This document shows, piece after piece, positions 13,601 to 26,599 of a stretch of 64,000 nucleotides of DNA. The DNA comes from Raillietiella orientalis (taxonomy: Eukaryota). The notes beneath the pieces were generated by a model, which ran no database searches, was not told where the DNA came from, and saw only the letters and a program-made list of their open reading frames with translations. The position numbers and the translations under genes were made by a program. Every line of letters starts with the position of its first letter. The stretch's first letter is position 1. The stretch spans positions 3,534,001-3,598,000 of the forward strand of contig JAYWIR010000015.1 of NCBI GenBank assembly GCA_036172245.1, read 5' to 3'.

Positions 13601-15625
13601 TTTTTTTTTTTCCCCGCTTCTTCTGAATCGTAAACTGTTCTCGGCACCCCCTTTCTCAATCGCAGCTAGAGGCGCTTGGGGACATGTGCACCTCCGCGCG
13701 CCATCTTGAGGATTCCCCAAAATCCTCGAAATTTTTTTCTTCCTCTCCCCCCACCGAATGCTTTCCCATCTTTCCGAAAATCGGAGAACGGATTCCGACA
13801 CGAAGATGGTATCGCAGGTCGCTCTGATTAAGAGAGAACGGTCTTCCCGACAAAAATCATCTTCCCAGCCTAGCTACGGGATTCCGCGACATCTGGAGCC
13901 CTTACGACAGGCACCCCATCATTGCACGCGGTGCTGGAGCGCCTTCTCCCGCCGCTAATTCACTCCCTGCTGTCCTTGCTGACATGGGAGATGGGGAGAG
14001 AGAGAAGGGCGTGCCCTCCTCGAGAAACTAGCCGGCCACTCATCTTCTCGGAGTGGACCTGGTGTTCGCAAGAAGCTGGAAAACGCCTCCCGCGTTGGCG
14101 GCATCGTAGCTGCGGTCTCCGCGCACAGAGGCTCCAAGCATTGCGGGTTCGAACCCCAACCGGGAAGGATCGACGCCGAGAATGAGAGGTGCGTCGTGGG
14201 TTCCAAGTCCCTCCCGCAGGATGACTCTGGTTGGCCCAGGAGTTTCGAGTGCAGCACCCGTAGAAGTCGAAATCCCCCAGATGCCCCCGTTGACAGGCCG
14301 AGATTCGAAGTTGACCCTCCGGTGTCCTTCCAGGAATCAAGAAGCACTTCGGAGTTCCCATCCGGTTGTGAAAATGGAGCCATATCATCGCATATTGGGG
14401 TTGGTTGATACCCCCTTGGGGGGGTTGCCTCTCCAGAGTGCAAGAAGCACGCTGCTCCCTTCGGGGAGAGTCCTTCAGAGAAACTGGGAAGCGTCCCTTC
14501 GGAGTTCTCTTCGGAGGAGGAAAGAAGGAGAGGTTCCCCTGTGGGTTCCCTTCGGAGAAGAAATAACGGAGGCCGCTCCCTCCAGGGGATCCCTCTGGAG
14601 AGAATAAGGAAGTGGTTCCCTTTGCGGTTCTCAACCAAGCGTGAGATAGAGTGGACTCCTTCCTCCTGAGAGCCCTGGACTCCGTCGGAGCTTACAGCCT
14701 ATGACTTGAAGAATGACACGCACCCCCGGGTGATGTGGACAGGTCCAAAGAGCTGCTCTAAGGAGGCGAGTGGTTCTTCAGCACTTGGTGAACCAAAAAA
14801 AGAAAACCTGAAAACGAAAAGCAGGAAAGAAAACAGGGAAAGCAGAAGAATTCCCATCATCCAGAGTGGAAATACGGAGAGGAATGAAAATGAAGTGTGC
14901 GTGCTGCCCAATCGCGCCCGTCCGCCTTGGCGGAGGCGGGGGGAGGGGGGATGCTGATGTCGAAAGCCGGAAGGCGAGCCCGGACTTTCGTCTTCCTGAA
15001 CTATGGACGCAGGAGCTTGGCCTCGCTGGACCGGAAGCACACGAAGTACGGAGAATCCCCGAGGACACTTTCAAAGGACATCAGATTGCCACAGACATTT
15101 CCCTCGCCCGTGGTTCCCCCGACGACCGAGAGCTCCGGTCCGCGTCCTCACCCTCCATTCCTCTTCCCTTCCAGTCCCTTCCCTCTCCTCATCCTCGAAA
15201 GTACCTCCCATAGGTTTACTCCTCGGCTCACGCTGATTTTGTCTCGTTTCGCCCCAAGCCGGCGCACTGCGAGCGCAGGTGGCGTGCTCCCAGGGGTGGG
15301 CGCAAAGGCCCCCTGCCAGCACCGCTTCGGTGCGAGAGTCGCGATGTGGGAACTCTTTCGCCGGCGAAAGGGAGAATCCCCAGCCAGCAGGCTCGAGGGG
15401 AAGGAGCAGACGGGGCAAGATGTTGACGACGATCGCACCCATGCGAGCAAGAGATCCTCTGCCTCGTGTACCCGGGCACTCTTCTTTGTCGGAAGAGGAG
15501 GATGAGGAGAGGCGTATGGGCCTCGCGAGCTGCGCTGGCTTCCGCCCACTTCCCTCCTCAGCGTGGGGCTTCTGCCTCCACTTTTATCCCGTTCTTGCGG
15601 GCCTATAGCGACGGTCTCGTTGCAG

Positions 15626-18600
15626 ATTTCGACCGGGACGGGAAGGAAGATCACATCACCTTCATGATCAAGAGGATCAAAGTGTACACCACAGAGGCGC
15701 TGAGCAACTCGTCCTACAGGTTTCCGGGAAACTATGGAGTCGAGAAGTTCCTGGAGCTCTTCTCTGGTAAGGTCTCCCGAGCAGTGCTCCTCCAGGGCGA
15801 TTCGCACGCCCAGGCAGCTCCGCCCTCCCCGCCCCCTTTCCTCCTCTTCCTCCTTCCCCTCCCTTCCTTCATTCTTCCCACAGTTCCGGTTCCGCTCTTC
15901 TTGCACCGAGATGCACCCACCCGTCGGCACTCCGCGTGGCGTTGCGGCAGCTCGGTCTATGGCTACGCCCCTCGGGACGTCCCTGGAGGAGCCCGGGAAC
16001 CCCGAAGAATCGATCTTTTGCGAGCGTGACATGGACATGACCCTAGTCCGGCGAAGCCTCCGCGGCGCGTCCGCGAACAGCGACTGGGAGCACCCAGGGT
16101 CCCTTCCTCCCTCTTCCACGGAATCGGTCTCATCCTCTTGAGTCCGCGCGCAGCTCCTCCTGTCTCTGGAGGTCTCCGTGAAACCTTTCCGATCCCCCCA
16201 CTCTGCGGCGCTTGCCCAGAGGGGCAAGAAAGCTCCATTCGCAGTAGAAACTGGAGCAACTGCTCGGAGGGACCGTGAAGATCCTGCGCTGGACCGCTCC
16301 TCGACGACCTTTTTCTTTATCTCCGGTCACCGCTGGGAAAGGCACGATGAGGGAGCACAGGGGAACATGGAGATCTCTGAAAGCCCAGTCTTCCGTTCGA
16401 AGGGTCTTTGGAGGTGTCTTCCGGATTCTGGATTCGATTCGAGACCTTGCCAGACCAGCCGCAGCAGCCGGGGATAGGATGTGTGTGAGATCATGGTCTT
16501 GGCCGAAGGGAGCACTGGGACGAGTTGAGTGAGAAAGAATGGATGAGCAAAAAGTGTTCCGTGCGGAACTTTCTGGAAGCCTTCAATGTCTTCCCTTCCT
16601 CAGAAGGGGGAAAAAAGCAATTTGTCCGTGTTCCCGGTGGTGGACACGACCGGGAGCTGCCACGCGGTCGGCTTTCCTCCGACCGCGTCGCCCTTGAACA
16701 GATCCGCTCGAGCCGCCGAAAGATCCGCTGGAGGGACACTCCCTCCGGCAGGAGCGGGCGATCTTCCTCTATGAGCATCCCTTGTGTCGTTGCGCTGGCC
16801 GTCTCTTCTTTCCTCCTGTTTCCTTCTCCCGGACCGTCTGGCCCTGCGGCGGTCACCCTGCACTCGTGGAAGGAGGACGGAGAGGAAAGGCGGAGCCACC
16901 GTCGCCGCTGCTGATGCGTGTTCCTCCCCTCTCCCGTAGAGGAGGACTACGACGACTTCTGCCTGGCCTACATGTTCACCTTCCGAGACTTCGAGGGAGG
17001 AACCCTGGGTCTCGCCTGGACAGGTGACATGAAAAATGCCGGAGGCGTCTGCGAGAAGAACGGGGTGAGTGGATGCCACCTTGGCTCTGGGTGATATGGC
17101 AGGGGATCGCCCTCCAGAGGGGAGGCGCAAGCAAGCGCGTGCCTGGGCGTGCTTCCGCCTCCTCTTCCCCTTCCCTTTCCTTCTTTCCATCGTGCCCAAA
17201 CCCCGCTGCTGTTTCCCGCGATACTACTACAGGGGAAGTGCTCTGAAGAGGGAGTATGCAGGGCGGTCGAACTGCGTGGAGCGTGAGATCCCCGTGGACG
17301 CATAGCGCTCCCCCTCCCATCCACTCCCTACCCACCCTATCCATTCTTCTATACTGGTGGATATCCTTGGAAAAGGGTGTGAGCCTCCTTGCTCCGGTCC
17401 GCCTAGGAGCCCAGAGGGCTGCATCCCCGTATTGACTCGGCAGATAGCCGCGGAGATGAGTCTCTGCTTGAGGGTAGCCCCTCCCATTTGTTCCTCCCTT
17501 CGATTCACCCGCCTGACGATCTGTGAGGACTTTCCCATTCCGGAAATTCCGGACTCTCTTTCACCTCCCACCCCCCTTTCGCTCTGCGGAAAGGACGGAA
17601 ACTGATCGGCGCTCGAGATCTGGCGCTGCAGGCGGTGTGATGTCATCGAACCGGACGATCTCCCAGCGGAAGCGGATCGGGGAGTGCCGCCCACCCAGAG
17701 TCGGCCGTGCCGAAGAGCCTCCCAGCTTGTCCGGGTTCAGCTACCCTCCTCCTCGCTCACTCAAATCCAACCATTCTCCCTCGCCGATCGGGATCAGTCC
17801 TTCTTTGAAGGAGACAGGGAGCAGCGTGCCCCAGGAACCCCTGGAGCAGCTCCAGGCTTCTTGTTCGCTCTCCTTCGGCCGCCCTAATTCATGGCACCCT
17901 TTTTTGACTTCCTTCACAGGAGAGGCAGCTCCCCATCCACTGATTCCAAAGGAGGGGCACTTCTGGACACGCCTGCTGAGGGAGACGGGCAGGGGGTCCT
18001 AGATGGGCAGGGAAGGTAGCGAGAGCGCTCGATACTTTGTGTGGATCCGCCCAAGTGGACCCTGCGATTGCTCTGGCTCGCCGTCGCTCTCAGCGGCGTC
18101 TTCATTCCCTCCAGGGGTCACCCGCGTGTCCGCCGTCGCCTGCCGCGGCCGCAGCCGCACGACGTCATCAGCGAGGCTCGACGCGCCTCGCGGCAAAGGG
18201 ACTTCCCTGCCATCTTCCCACGGTCCGAGTTCATGCTGGTGGAACTCTTCGAAGAATCCCGGACGGGAGAGCTCTCTCGCTCCCCTCGGAGCCAATGCGA
18301 CAGTTCGCCCTGCCACTGCATCCGTCAGGCGTCTGACCTCGCACCTCACCCTCAGCATTTGGGGGTCGCTGTTCACCCCAGCGGTGCCGCCGGGGTGAGC
18401 AGGCATCGCCATGCCTGCGACGTTTCCTCCAAGGGAGCTGTTCCCTTTGAAGACCGCTGTACCGCGGATTACTCGCTCATGGAGAACTGTTCGAGAGAAT
18501 TGGGGGGGAAGGGAATGAAGGAGGCCCTCGATCCGGCTCCTGTGACTTTTTTGAGGAACAAATCCTGAATTCCCTCAGGGTCGCCCTCAATTCTCGGAAC

Positions 18601-21600
18601 CCGAGGTCCTCGCTCGGCGGCGGCCGATCCTCCGTAAGGATCTGCCTCTCCCTGCTGGTTCGCTCCCTACGGGTGCTTCGCAAGACACCTTCCCCTGCCC
18701 TCCAGGCCTGATTGCCTTCGGCCAACTTGGGAGGTCTTCCGCTTCTCCCATAGCCTCGGTCTGGCTTTCCAGTTTCAGAAGTCTGGAGTTCGTTCTTTCG
18801 CTCCAAATTAACGCAGGTCAGGGAGCGGATCCGGGGGACCCGGATAGGGTCCAGACACCTCCAGAATCCATCCGGGACCCAGAACCAACCCAAACGCTCC
18901 AGAGAGCAGGTTCGGCCCTCCGCTCTCCCTCAACAGAGGGAGGGACGGCGTTCCAGCTATCCCGGCAGCGGCTTGCGCGGTGACTGCCCCACACCCGAGG
19001 CGTTTTGCCGGGGAATTTTCCGCTTCTCCCCTCTTCCTCCGTCCTCCTCGACCGAGGGGAAATGCTCCGTCGGAAAGATGACAGCTCCATCGAAAGTTTT
19101 CCCGCCAAGGACGGAGTAGTGCGACTGGCGGCGCAGCGGGGAGCCCCCGTCGCCGGGCGTGTCCGTCTACGAACCGCGAAGGGAAATCCCCTGCGTGGAA
19201 CCTGCCAGAATCTCGGGAGATGCCCGCCTTTTACCTTGCTTTTCCAGCACTATCGAGGGAGCCTCAAGAGCCTCAACACCGGCATCGTCACCATGGTGAA
19301 CTACGGGAAACCCGTCCCACCTGCCGTTTCCCACGTCACCTTGGCTCACGAGATTGGCCACAACTTCGGGTCCCCGGTGAGCACGCGCGCGCGCTTGCGA
19401 GGGGGAGGAAGGAAGTCTGCGGAGGACGCGCGAGCTCGCTTCAGTCGCTTCCTTAAAAGATCTGGGGGGAGGGGGGAATGCCGCCCGGCAAGAAGAGAGG
19501 CATGGGAGTGCTGACTGCCCCCTTTCCCTTCTCGCCCCCTTGGCTATGTCACATTCCTACGCCTTTCCCGCTCTCGCTCTTCGGTGCGCACGTCAGCCCC
19601 GACGACCGAGAAGAGAGAAGGGAGGCTGCCTCTGTCTGCTGAGGCAAGAGTCAGTGGCTGGGACGTTCCTCCCCGCCTACGTCCTCTCTCCGACCCGATC
19701 CAGCCATCCCGCGTCTTCGTGTTCTTGAAGAGGATCCCATCCTTCACTCCCTCCTACCGTTCTTCCGGCAGGAGAGAGAGAAGGCGAGCTCCCCTGTTCC
19801 TCCGCGGCAGCAGGTCCTCCTCCCCCACGCGCTGCCACTTCTGGTCGAAAGGAGGTAGCGACACTCGGCTGCCCGGAAGGTGCCACCTCTTGGAGGACGT
19901 TCGACCTCCTAAGAGGATAGCGTCCTTCTTGTTCTTCGGCTTCCTCCTTACGGAACTCTGCGCTTACCGACCCCTGGGGCGTTCGAAGTGCTCCCTCTTG
20001 TCTTCTGGTCTGCGGGATGCTCCCTGCTCCGGAGTGAAGAGGATGCTCATCAAAGGCCCCGGGCAAAGCAGCAGCGTCTCAGAGGAACCTTGAGGGTACA
20101 TCCTTTCCCTGCCCTGGTCCCTGCCCTTGCACATTCTTCTAGGAAGATCTCGTGGCTTCGAGCGAGCTTGCACTGTCTGTTGCCCTCGCACATCAAGGTG
20201 GCGTCCTTGAATCTTTGCTTTTCAGCACGACCCGGAGCACAACAGAAGGTGTGTTCCTGGAGGTGAAGACGGGAACTACATTATGTTTGCGCGCGCCACC
20301 GCCGGAGACAAGAAGAACAACAACAAGTTTTCCCCCTGCAGCCTGGAAGCCATCGGTGTGGTGCTGGAGTCCAAGGCCAGGAGCAGCACTGGCTGCTTCA
20401 GCGGTAACGGAAGGCAGCCCCTGTCTGCCTCCTCCTTCCACAGGAGCCCTTCCTTCTCTCCCTCGCAGAGTCCCAGCTGTCCATCTGCGGCAATGGCGTC
20501 GTCGAGGAAGATGAAGAGTGCGACTGCGGCTGGGAGGAGGACTGTAAGGAGGACTGCTGCTACCCGATGAAGAAGTCTCCCGGACCCAAGGAGTTCCCCT
20601 GCAGGCTGAAGGCTCGGAAGGCGTGCAGCCCCTCTCAGGTAACTTCGCACATGAACGTAGCCACCCCACTGGACCCGGCACTCTCTCACTCTCCCCGTTT
20701 CCCTCATCCCTGGCCATGCTCACAGGGACCATGCTGCACTTCCGAATGCCGCCTGACGGTGGGCACCCTATGCAGGGAGGACAACGGATGCCGAGAGGCG
20801 AGCCGCTGTGACGGGACATCTCCCTTCTGCCCTCCCTCCGCGAACAAACCCAACCGCACCATCTGCCAGAAAGACTTCGTCTGCTTCCGAGGGGTAACAA
20901 CAGATAGTGGGACGGGGAGGAGTGAGAAGTCACCCACGAGGGGCGTCTTTCCCTTCCCAGGAGTGCACGGGCTCCTTCTGCCTCGCCTACGGTCTGGAGT
21001 CCTGTCAGTGCAAGACCGCTCTGGGAGATCCTCCCACGAAGGCCTGTGAGCTGTGCTGTAAGCTCCCCGGGGAGAACCAAGAGTGTCGGTGAGTGTCGGA
21101 GGAGGGTTCCGCTCCCTATTTCCTTCCTTTCTCTTCCCACCGAGCCGGGTGCTCACGTGTCCCTTTCTTCCCTTCCGTCACCTCAGGTCTTCGTTCGAGT
21201 GGAACAGCCACCCTTTCGACGTGCCGGACATGTACTCCAAGCCGGGAACGCCGTGCAACGACTACAACGGCTACTGTGACGTCTTCCAGAGGTGCAGGGA
21301 GGTCGACCCGTCCGGGCCTCTGGCGACGCTGCGTAGGTTCTTCCTCTCCGACGGAAACTTCGCGACCCTCGGGGAGTGGATGCGGAACCACTGGCACGCC
21401 GTCCTCGCCGTCGTCGTCTTCCTGATCTTCTTCGGGGTACGTGCCAGGAGCAGCGCGAGTACCCTCAGGGAAATGACACCGACATCTCCTTCCCTTCCCT
21501 CTTTGCTTCGTCTTGCCCCCCTTAGTTCCTATCTTCCAAGCTGGCGCGCGCGAAGAGACGCAGGAACCCTTCCAGGAAAACCATCTACCATGCCCAGGAT

Positions 21601-22230
21601 CCGCGGACCTACGAAGCCCCTGTGGGCCGGAAGCACACCGTGCACCCCACGGCGGTGCGAGTTCGGGTACCCCTGAAGAGTGCCACCTTGAGGGGAATGA
21701 AAGGCAAATTCGCGAAGACTCTGGAAGCGGTTAGGAGCTCCACTTTTCGGGAAAAGAGGGAGCGGAAGCAGTCCTCGAGGGAGAAGGACAACCGCCTTTC
21801 CGGAGGCCCGTGCTCCGCTGTCCAGGATCCCTCTGGAGACAGGAAGAACTTTGTGCATCCGACAACCGAGGTCTCCAGATTGAGGAACCGTCAGACTGCA
21901 GGGAAGAAGAAGAGGCACTTGCGGCGCGCTCGTAGAGGAATCTACGAAAGCGGGAAGCAGCAGGCGAAAGAGTCTGGAAAGGTGGCCATCACCGAGAAGG
22001 ACGCCCTTCGGAAGAAACTCCTCAGCACGGCTCCCTGGGGCTTCTTAAAGTCGAGAAAGGAACCCAGAAGTGTCCTCAAGAAAAGAAAGTTTCTGAGGAG
22101 TTATTCGGATTCTTCCAGGGATGTAGGGAAGGAGGCAGGTGCCACGGCAGGTCGCCCGCCGCCATCAACGAGACGGACGTTTTTGACTCTGCCCAGGAAG
22201 GGCCTTCAGAAAGACCAGTGCACCCAGTGA
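15626..22230 (+). CDS. ADAM10: ADAM10 / Kuzbanian-like disintegrin metalloprotease, 5'-partial, 9 exons: 15626-15766, 16940-17064, 19248-19376, 20226-20403, 20469-20638, 20726-20893, 20961-21088, 21187-21436, 21526-22230
   Basis: All eight introns are GT..AG with matching phases. Spliced protein: [71 protein letters not shown]..zinc motif [12 protein letters not shown], Met-turn NYIMFARAT, disintegrin [25 protein letters not shown], Cys-rich [29 protein letters not shown] helix [17 protein letters not shown], basic tail. From memory closest to the arthropod Kuzbanian-like paralog. The end of the last exon is less certain. Confidence 0.95.
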
Positions 22231-23505
22231 ACACGAGACACAACCGAACCTTCTCTCTCGAAGACGTGCCGCAGGGTTCGACCTCCGCTAGGGGCACGAA
22301 AGTCCCCAAAGTGCAACCAGGGAGAGAAATCCCCAAAGGGAACAGCCGAGCGCGCTGCTGTTTTTTCTGCTAAGGACGCTCCAGCGCCAGGATGACCTGT
22401 AGGCGCTCGGAAGGCAACCCACGGATCCGCAGCGATAGGTAGCTTCAGCCAAGGGACAAGCTTTCCCCCATCCAAAATACACGGATTCCCAGAAAGAAAT
22501 CGAAGTGTTTCATCAATTCCTCCCAGTGCGCCGCTGCGCTTTCCTCTTAAGCGATCCCCCTTATCCTCGTGGCACTCCCAAAGCTCTCGGGAAAGGATAG
22601 AGAGGCCGAATCCCAGGCTGGCTAGCTAGGCTGGAATTTTAGGAAGAATCTCTTCTCCGAGCCCGCGCAGCGGAAAGGACTCCTGGATCGGGCAGAGACT
22701 TTAAAAAGGCTCGCAGGTGGCAGTGTGGGAAGGGGAGCCTTCTTCTTTTCGCCTAGCTAGAAGGAAATCTGGAAACTTCCCAACGGGAACCTTCTGTCAT
22801 CAGTCTTCAGAATTCATTCTGAAGAATTTCTGGGACGTCCTCCCTAGAGACACCTAGTTCTCTGCTCCCCATAAACTATTGCGATGATCTGGAACAAGCA
22901 TGCCGAAGCGCATAGAGCGTAGACTCCTCATAGAAGGGAGCCATCTTGAGAGTTTCCGTATATTTGGTGCTGGAATCAACCTTTGTGCTTAGGGAGCCAT
23001 TGATTGAGCTCCTACGAAACCACACCTCATGCTATCGCAAAGATGGAGGAACCCCCTGGCCTCCGTCCTCTCTGCTCCCCACTTCCCGGCATTTTCTCGG
23101 CATCTGTCGTATTGGGCGGGGGAGGACAAGAAGGGGAAAGAATTCCCTCTGTAAAATGCTACTGGAGCGCGTGGGACTTCCGTGAGGCAAGCTGGGTGCA
23201 TAGATGCCGTCGTTCTCTTGAGCTTCGTCTTGGCCATGCTCTTCATGGGATGCGCTTCTTAAGACGTTCTATTGCCTGAGGCAGCCGGAAACGGAATTCG
23301 AAGAATGACGTGTGTGTCCTCCCCCCGCCCCCGTTCTCAAGCTTAGGATCCTCCTGTCAGCTACAACAACGATACAGAGGAACCAAGTCGAGTTGCTCTA
23401 AGGCTATAGTGGGAGACCCACCCACTCACACCTTAGAATGTTCCTGTTCCGTGGATGAGGACAGTTTCCCACTCAGTCACGCGGGGTCACTTATTTAAAA
23501 AACAA

Positions 23506-24687
23506 CCCTCTATAGCCCGAATTTTTTTTACGCCTATGAAAAAAATGTGTGTGATATGAAAGTAACAAAGATCAACTTCTAAATACAAATTACTAATGAA
23601 TTCAGTAGTTCACATGATTTTATTATAACGAATATGTTTTGTAACTTTGGGGTTGCAACGGCGTACGACGGTTGCGCTTGTGCATATAAAAGCCTAAGTA
23701 TGGAATTCCATGAAACAACCTATAAATTGACATTAAAACAAACAACCAAAGAATTGTTCTATTTCATTAGATGAAACACCTATGGGTTTTGCTGGATCAC
23801 GTTGCAGTGCATATGTATTGGTATAGTCAACAATATTGCTTATAATTTCGTCATCAAATAATTTTTGGAAATAGGTCATAGGAGAGTAGGGTACTTCAGG
23901 ATCTTTAATCTCAGGACAATTTCCTTTCCAAGGAAGATTTTCCGGAGGAGATACTGATTGCCAAGAAACTGTTTGTGATTTCAAATGTTCATCATCTGTT
24001 GATGATTCACCACTCAATTCTTCGTCGCTATCAATAATATTTATACATCGTCGGGTAAACTCTATTGGCTGATCTTCATCCGAGTCAGATTCTAATAAAG
24101 AATCCACGGATCTATAACTGCTAATGCTACTTTTTCTTACTACTCTTTTATTTTTGTATGCTTTGGTATTCACATTTTGGGCCTCTAGTATACAAAACTA
24201 AAACAAAAAAGGACACAAGCGTTATCGCAAATACACCGAATCCTACATATATTATATAGCTCATTGTGAGTTGAAAGTCACATAGCTATATCATGTGAAA
24301 ATAATAGCAAATTGGTTGTTTAAATATGCAAACAAATAAGAGATTATTGATATACAGACCAAGAGTTATCACGTAGGCTTTTCTTGTTTATCAAAATGCC
24401 GATTGGACAAAAAATAATAACAAATGCACAGGATGGTTTGTACAACCTTTATCTGTACTTGACAAATGGCAAAAACATTCACCTCGATATCTCGGATCAT
24501 AGTAGATATCCGTTACCAAGGAGACGTCATGCAGCAAGATGTATATGCCACCTTGAGGTCAAAAATTAAATATATCAATAAGATATCGATATATTAGTAT
24601 ATGATTTTCACACGGACCTATAAAAAATTAAATAGAAATTTGGGTACTCAGTTCCCAAAAAAAGGACAAAAAGTTCTAAGGGAAGGG
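23506..24687 (-). mobile_element. Internally deleted, non-autonomous piggyBac-family DNA transposon
   Basis: Abrupt AT-rich island bounded by CCCT at 23506 and AGGG ending 24687. ORF 24173-23733 has the acidic N-terminus plus SPMTYFQKLFDDEIISNIVDYTNTYA..EIEQFFG, and continues after a frameshift as MSIYRL, typical of the start of the piggyBac transposase domain; the catalytic core is absent. Confidence 0.8.
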
Positions 24688-24769
24688 TCAACGGCACGCA
24701 GACCCGATTCCAAAGTCCGAAGCGAAAGCGGGGAGGGGACAATACTAATATATATCATAATATAAAGGG

Positions 24770-26010
24770 AAAAAAAGACGCGGAGGGCAGGGGTCTTTGG
24801 CATGAGTAACGCTTCATCATTCCTAAAACCGGCAGTGGATGGTGGCGGTCTCCCTGGAGACTTCTTGCTTCAAGTGAGGCCAGTTCGCAGACGTCCTCAT
24901 AAAGGCTGCTGACATGAGGGTCACTCGTTTCTCTGAACCCCGGACTTCAGCACATGCAGGACTGTGGTGATGGCGCGGTCCCCGCGAGGATGACCGATGG
25001 AACATCCCGGTGATCACTGCGCTTGCCGCTAGTCCTCCTAGAGCGAAGAGATGCCGCAGCAAGTCCGTAGCGATGTTCTCCGGGTGGAGCAGCCCTAAAA
25101 CTAGCATTCTTCAGAAGCCCTCGAGGGCATCACAGTCATCACAGTACACGCTTCGGCTGTACATATACTAACTCTGGTCCATCAAGTGGTGCTGAAACGA
25201 TTCCATTGCCCCGCACCTGGAACAGTCTAGGGATGCAACTCCTTGGAAAACCAGGTGTCTGCGCTGGTTGCGCCGGAATCCTCAGTGCGGAAATAGCAGA
25301 GCATCCCGTTTCCACTGCAGAGAGAGCACCGAAATGTTCGTGCACAAAGGAAGGATCACTAGTTTCTCGGAGGGCACACTGAGCAGTTTGCTCTACCGAA
25401 GCAGTTTCTTTAACCGGGAACAAGTGGTGTTTGTAGTCCAGACTTCCAGGAGTTTAGTGACTCCCGCGGGAGAACTCCCACACCGCCGGCCGGCAACTGT
25501 TAATGTTAGTCCTCAGGGCAGACAGTGCTGTGGCAAGGATTGTGACAGATATACAGAACCACTGCATCCAGTCCCTCAGAATTCCCTTCAATGCCTGCAG
25601 AGAAGAGCTCGCAGCGGGCGAAAATCTTCTGGTCGTACTTCTGTTGGCCCAGGACTCCACTGCCTTCTGCCGCCAGGCTTGCCAGCTGGTGTAGGAACGG
25701 TAGGAGATCCAGGAATGTCAAGTGCCTCAAGGGGAATTCGAATACCCCCATCCTGAGTCGGCTGCTTAGCAGCAACGTGAGAAGTCCTTCGCTGCCGGTG
25801 CTTTGAGGCGATTTGGCGCGCACCACACGGAAGTCCACAATTTGGCACGGTGTGCCAACTGGAGGAGCTGCACTTGTAGTCTGATTGTATTGATTTTTGC
25901 CTTGTCACTCTGGGACATTTATTTAAAGAATAAACCATAAGTCTGAGGGGAACAGTGTTCCCTGAATACAAGAGACTCCATAAGAAGTTCATTGGGGATG
26001 GCCACCGGTA
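24770..26010 (-). mobile_element. L1/Tx1-type non-LTR retrotransposon, degenerate 3' fragment (copy A)
   Basis: QPTQDGGIRIP (GGLG-P-like), zinc-knuckle-like CSRCGAMESFQHH, C-terminus AAFMRTSANWPHLKQE, AT-rich tail; clear nucleotide similarity to 28040-28600. Confidence 0.65.
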
Positions 26011-26039
26011 CGCAAGCCGGCTTCCTAAAAAGTAGGGAA

Positions 26040-26500
26040 CGGAAGGGACGAGGAAATAAATGAATAAAAAATGAGGAACAGGGATCTCTGGTGCTCTTCG
26101 TTCCTCTCTTCGTAGAAGCGACTGTGTATGGTGGTGATCCCACTGCTGAATTCTATCAGATGAGGCCTCCTTGCAGCCGTCCTCATGAAGGCGACTGCCA
26201 TGCTGGTGGTCTCCCTTCTCTTCAAACGTGATTCCAGCACATGTTGGACTGTTGCCATGGCGCGGATGCAGCAGATGATTGTGATCATCGCGCCCGTACT
26301 TCAGGTACCTAGGGGTGCCGATGGGGACATTCCCCCTACGGAAGTATGGTTCGACTACCTCCAGAAGTCAGAGTCGGTGCTCGGCCCGTTCCAAGAAGGC
26401 AACTTCCTGTTGCCGGAGCGGGGCTTCATTTGGAACAATTTTGTGGCCCCGTCCTCCGACCTCTGCTTTTTGTGTGCCCCGCTCCCCCCGGTGTAGTAAA
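26040..26500 (-). mobile_element. L1/Tx1-type 3' end fragment (copy B)
   Basis: VAFMRTAARRPHLIEFSSGITTIHSRF aligns to copy A AAFMRTSANWPHLKQEVSRETATIHCRF; followed by a TTTA-rich tail. Confidence 0.55.
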
Positions 26501-26599
26501 ACAGACGAAAGACCTCCTTTGAAAAGTCCTCTGGGGCAATGGGAGGTCCCGAGTCCGATTAAAAGACCTGTGTGCTCCTTGTCGCGACGGAGGACTTTG

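Noticed and set aside
8082..19200. Many long overlapping ORFs (e.g. 9279-10280 333 aa, 15148-16227 359 aa) in the GC-rich block
   Set aside because: R/P/S/G-rich, present in all six frames, no motifs; expected from stop-codon scarcity in GC-rich intronic DNA.
20193..21140. 315-aa minus-strand ORF
   Set aside because: Antisense shadow of the ADAM10-like exons.
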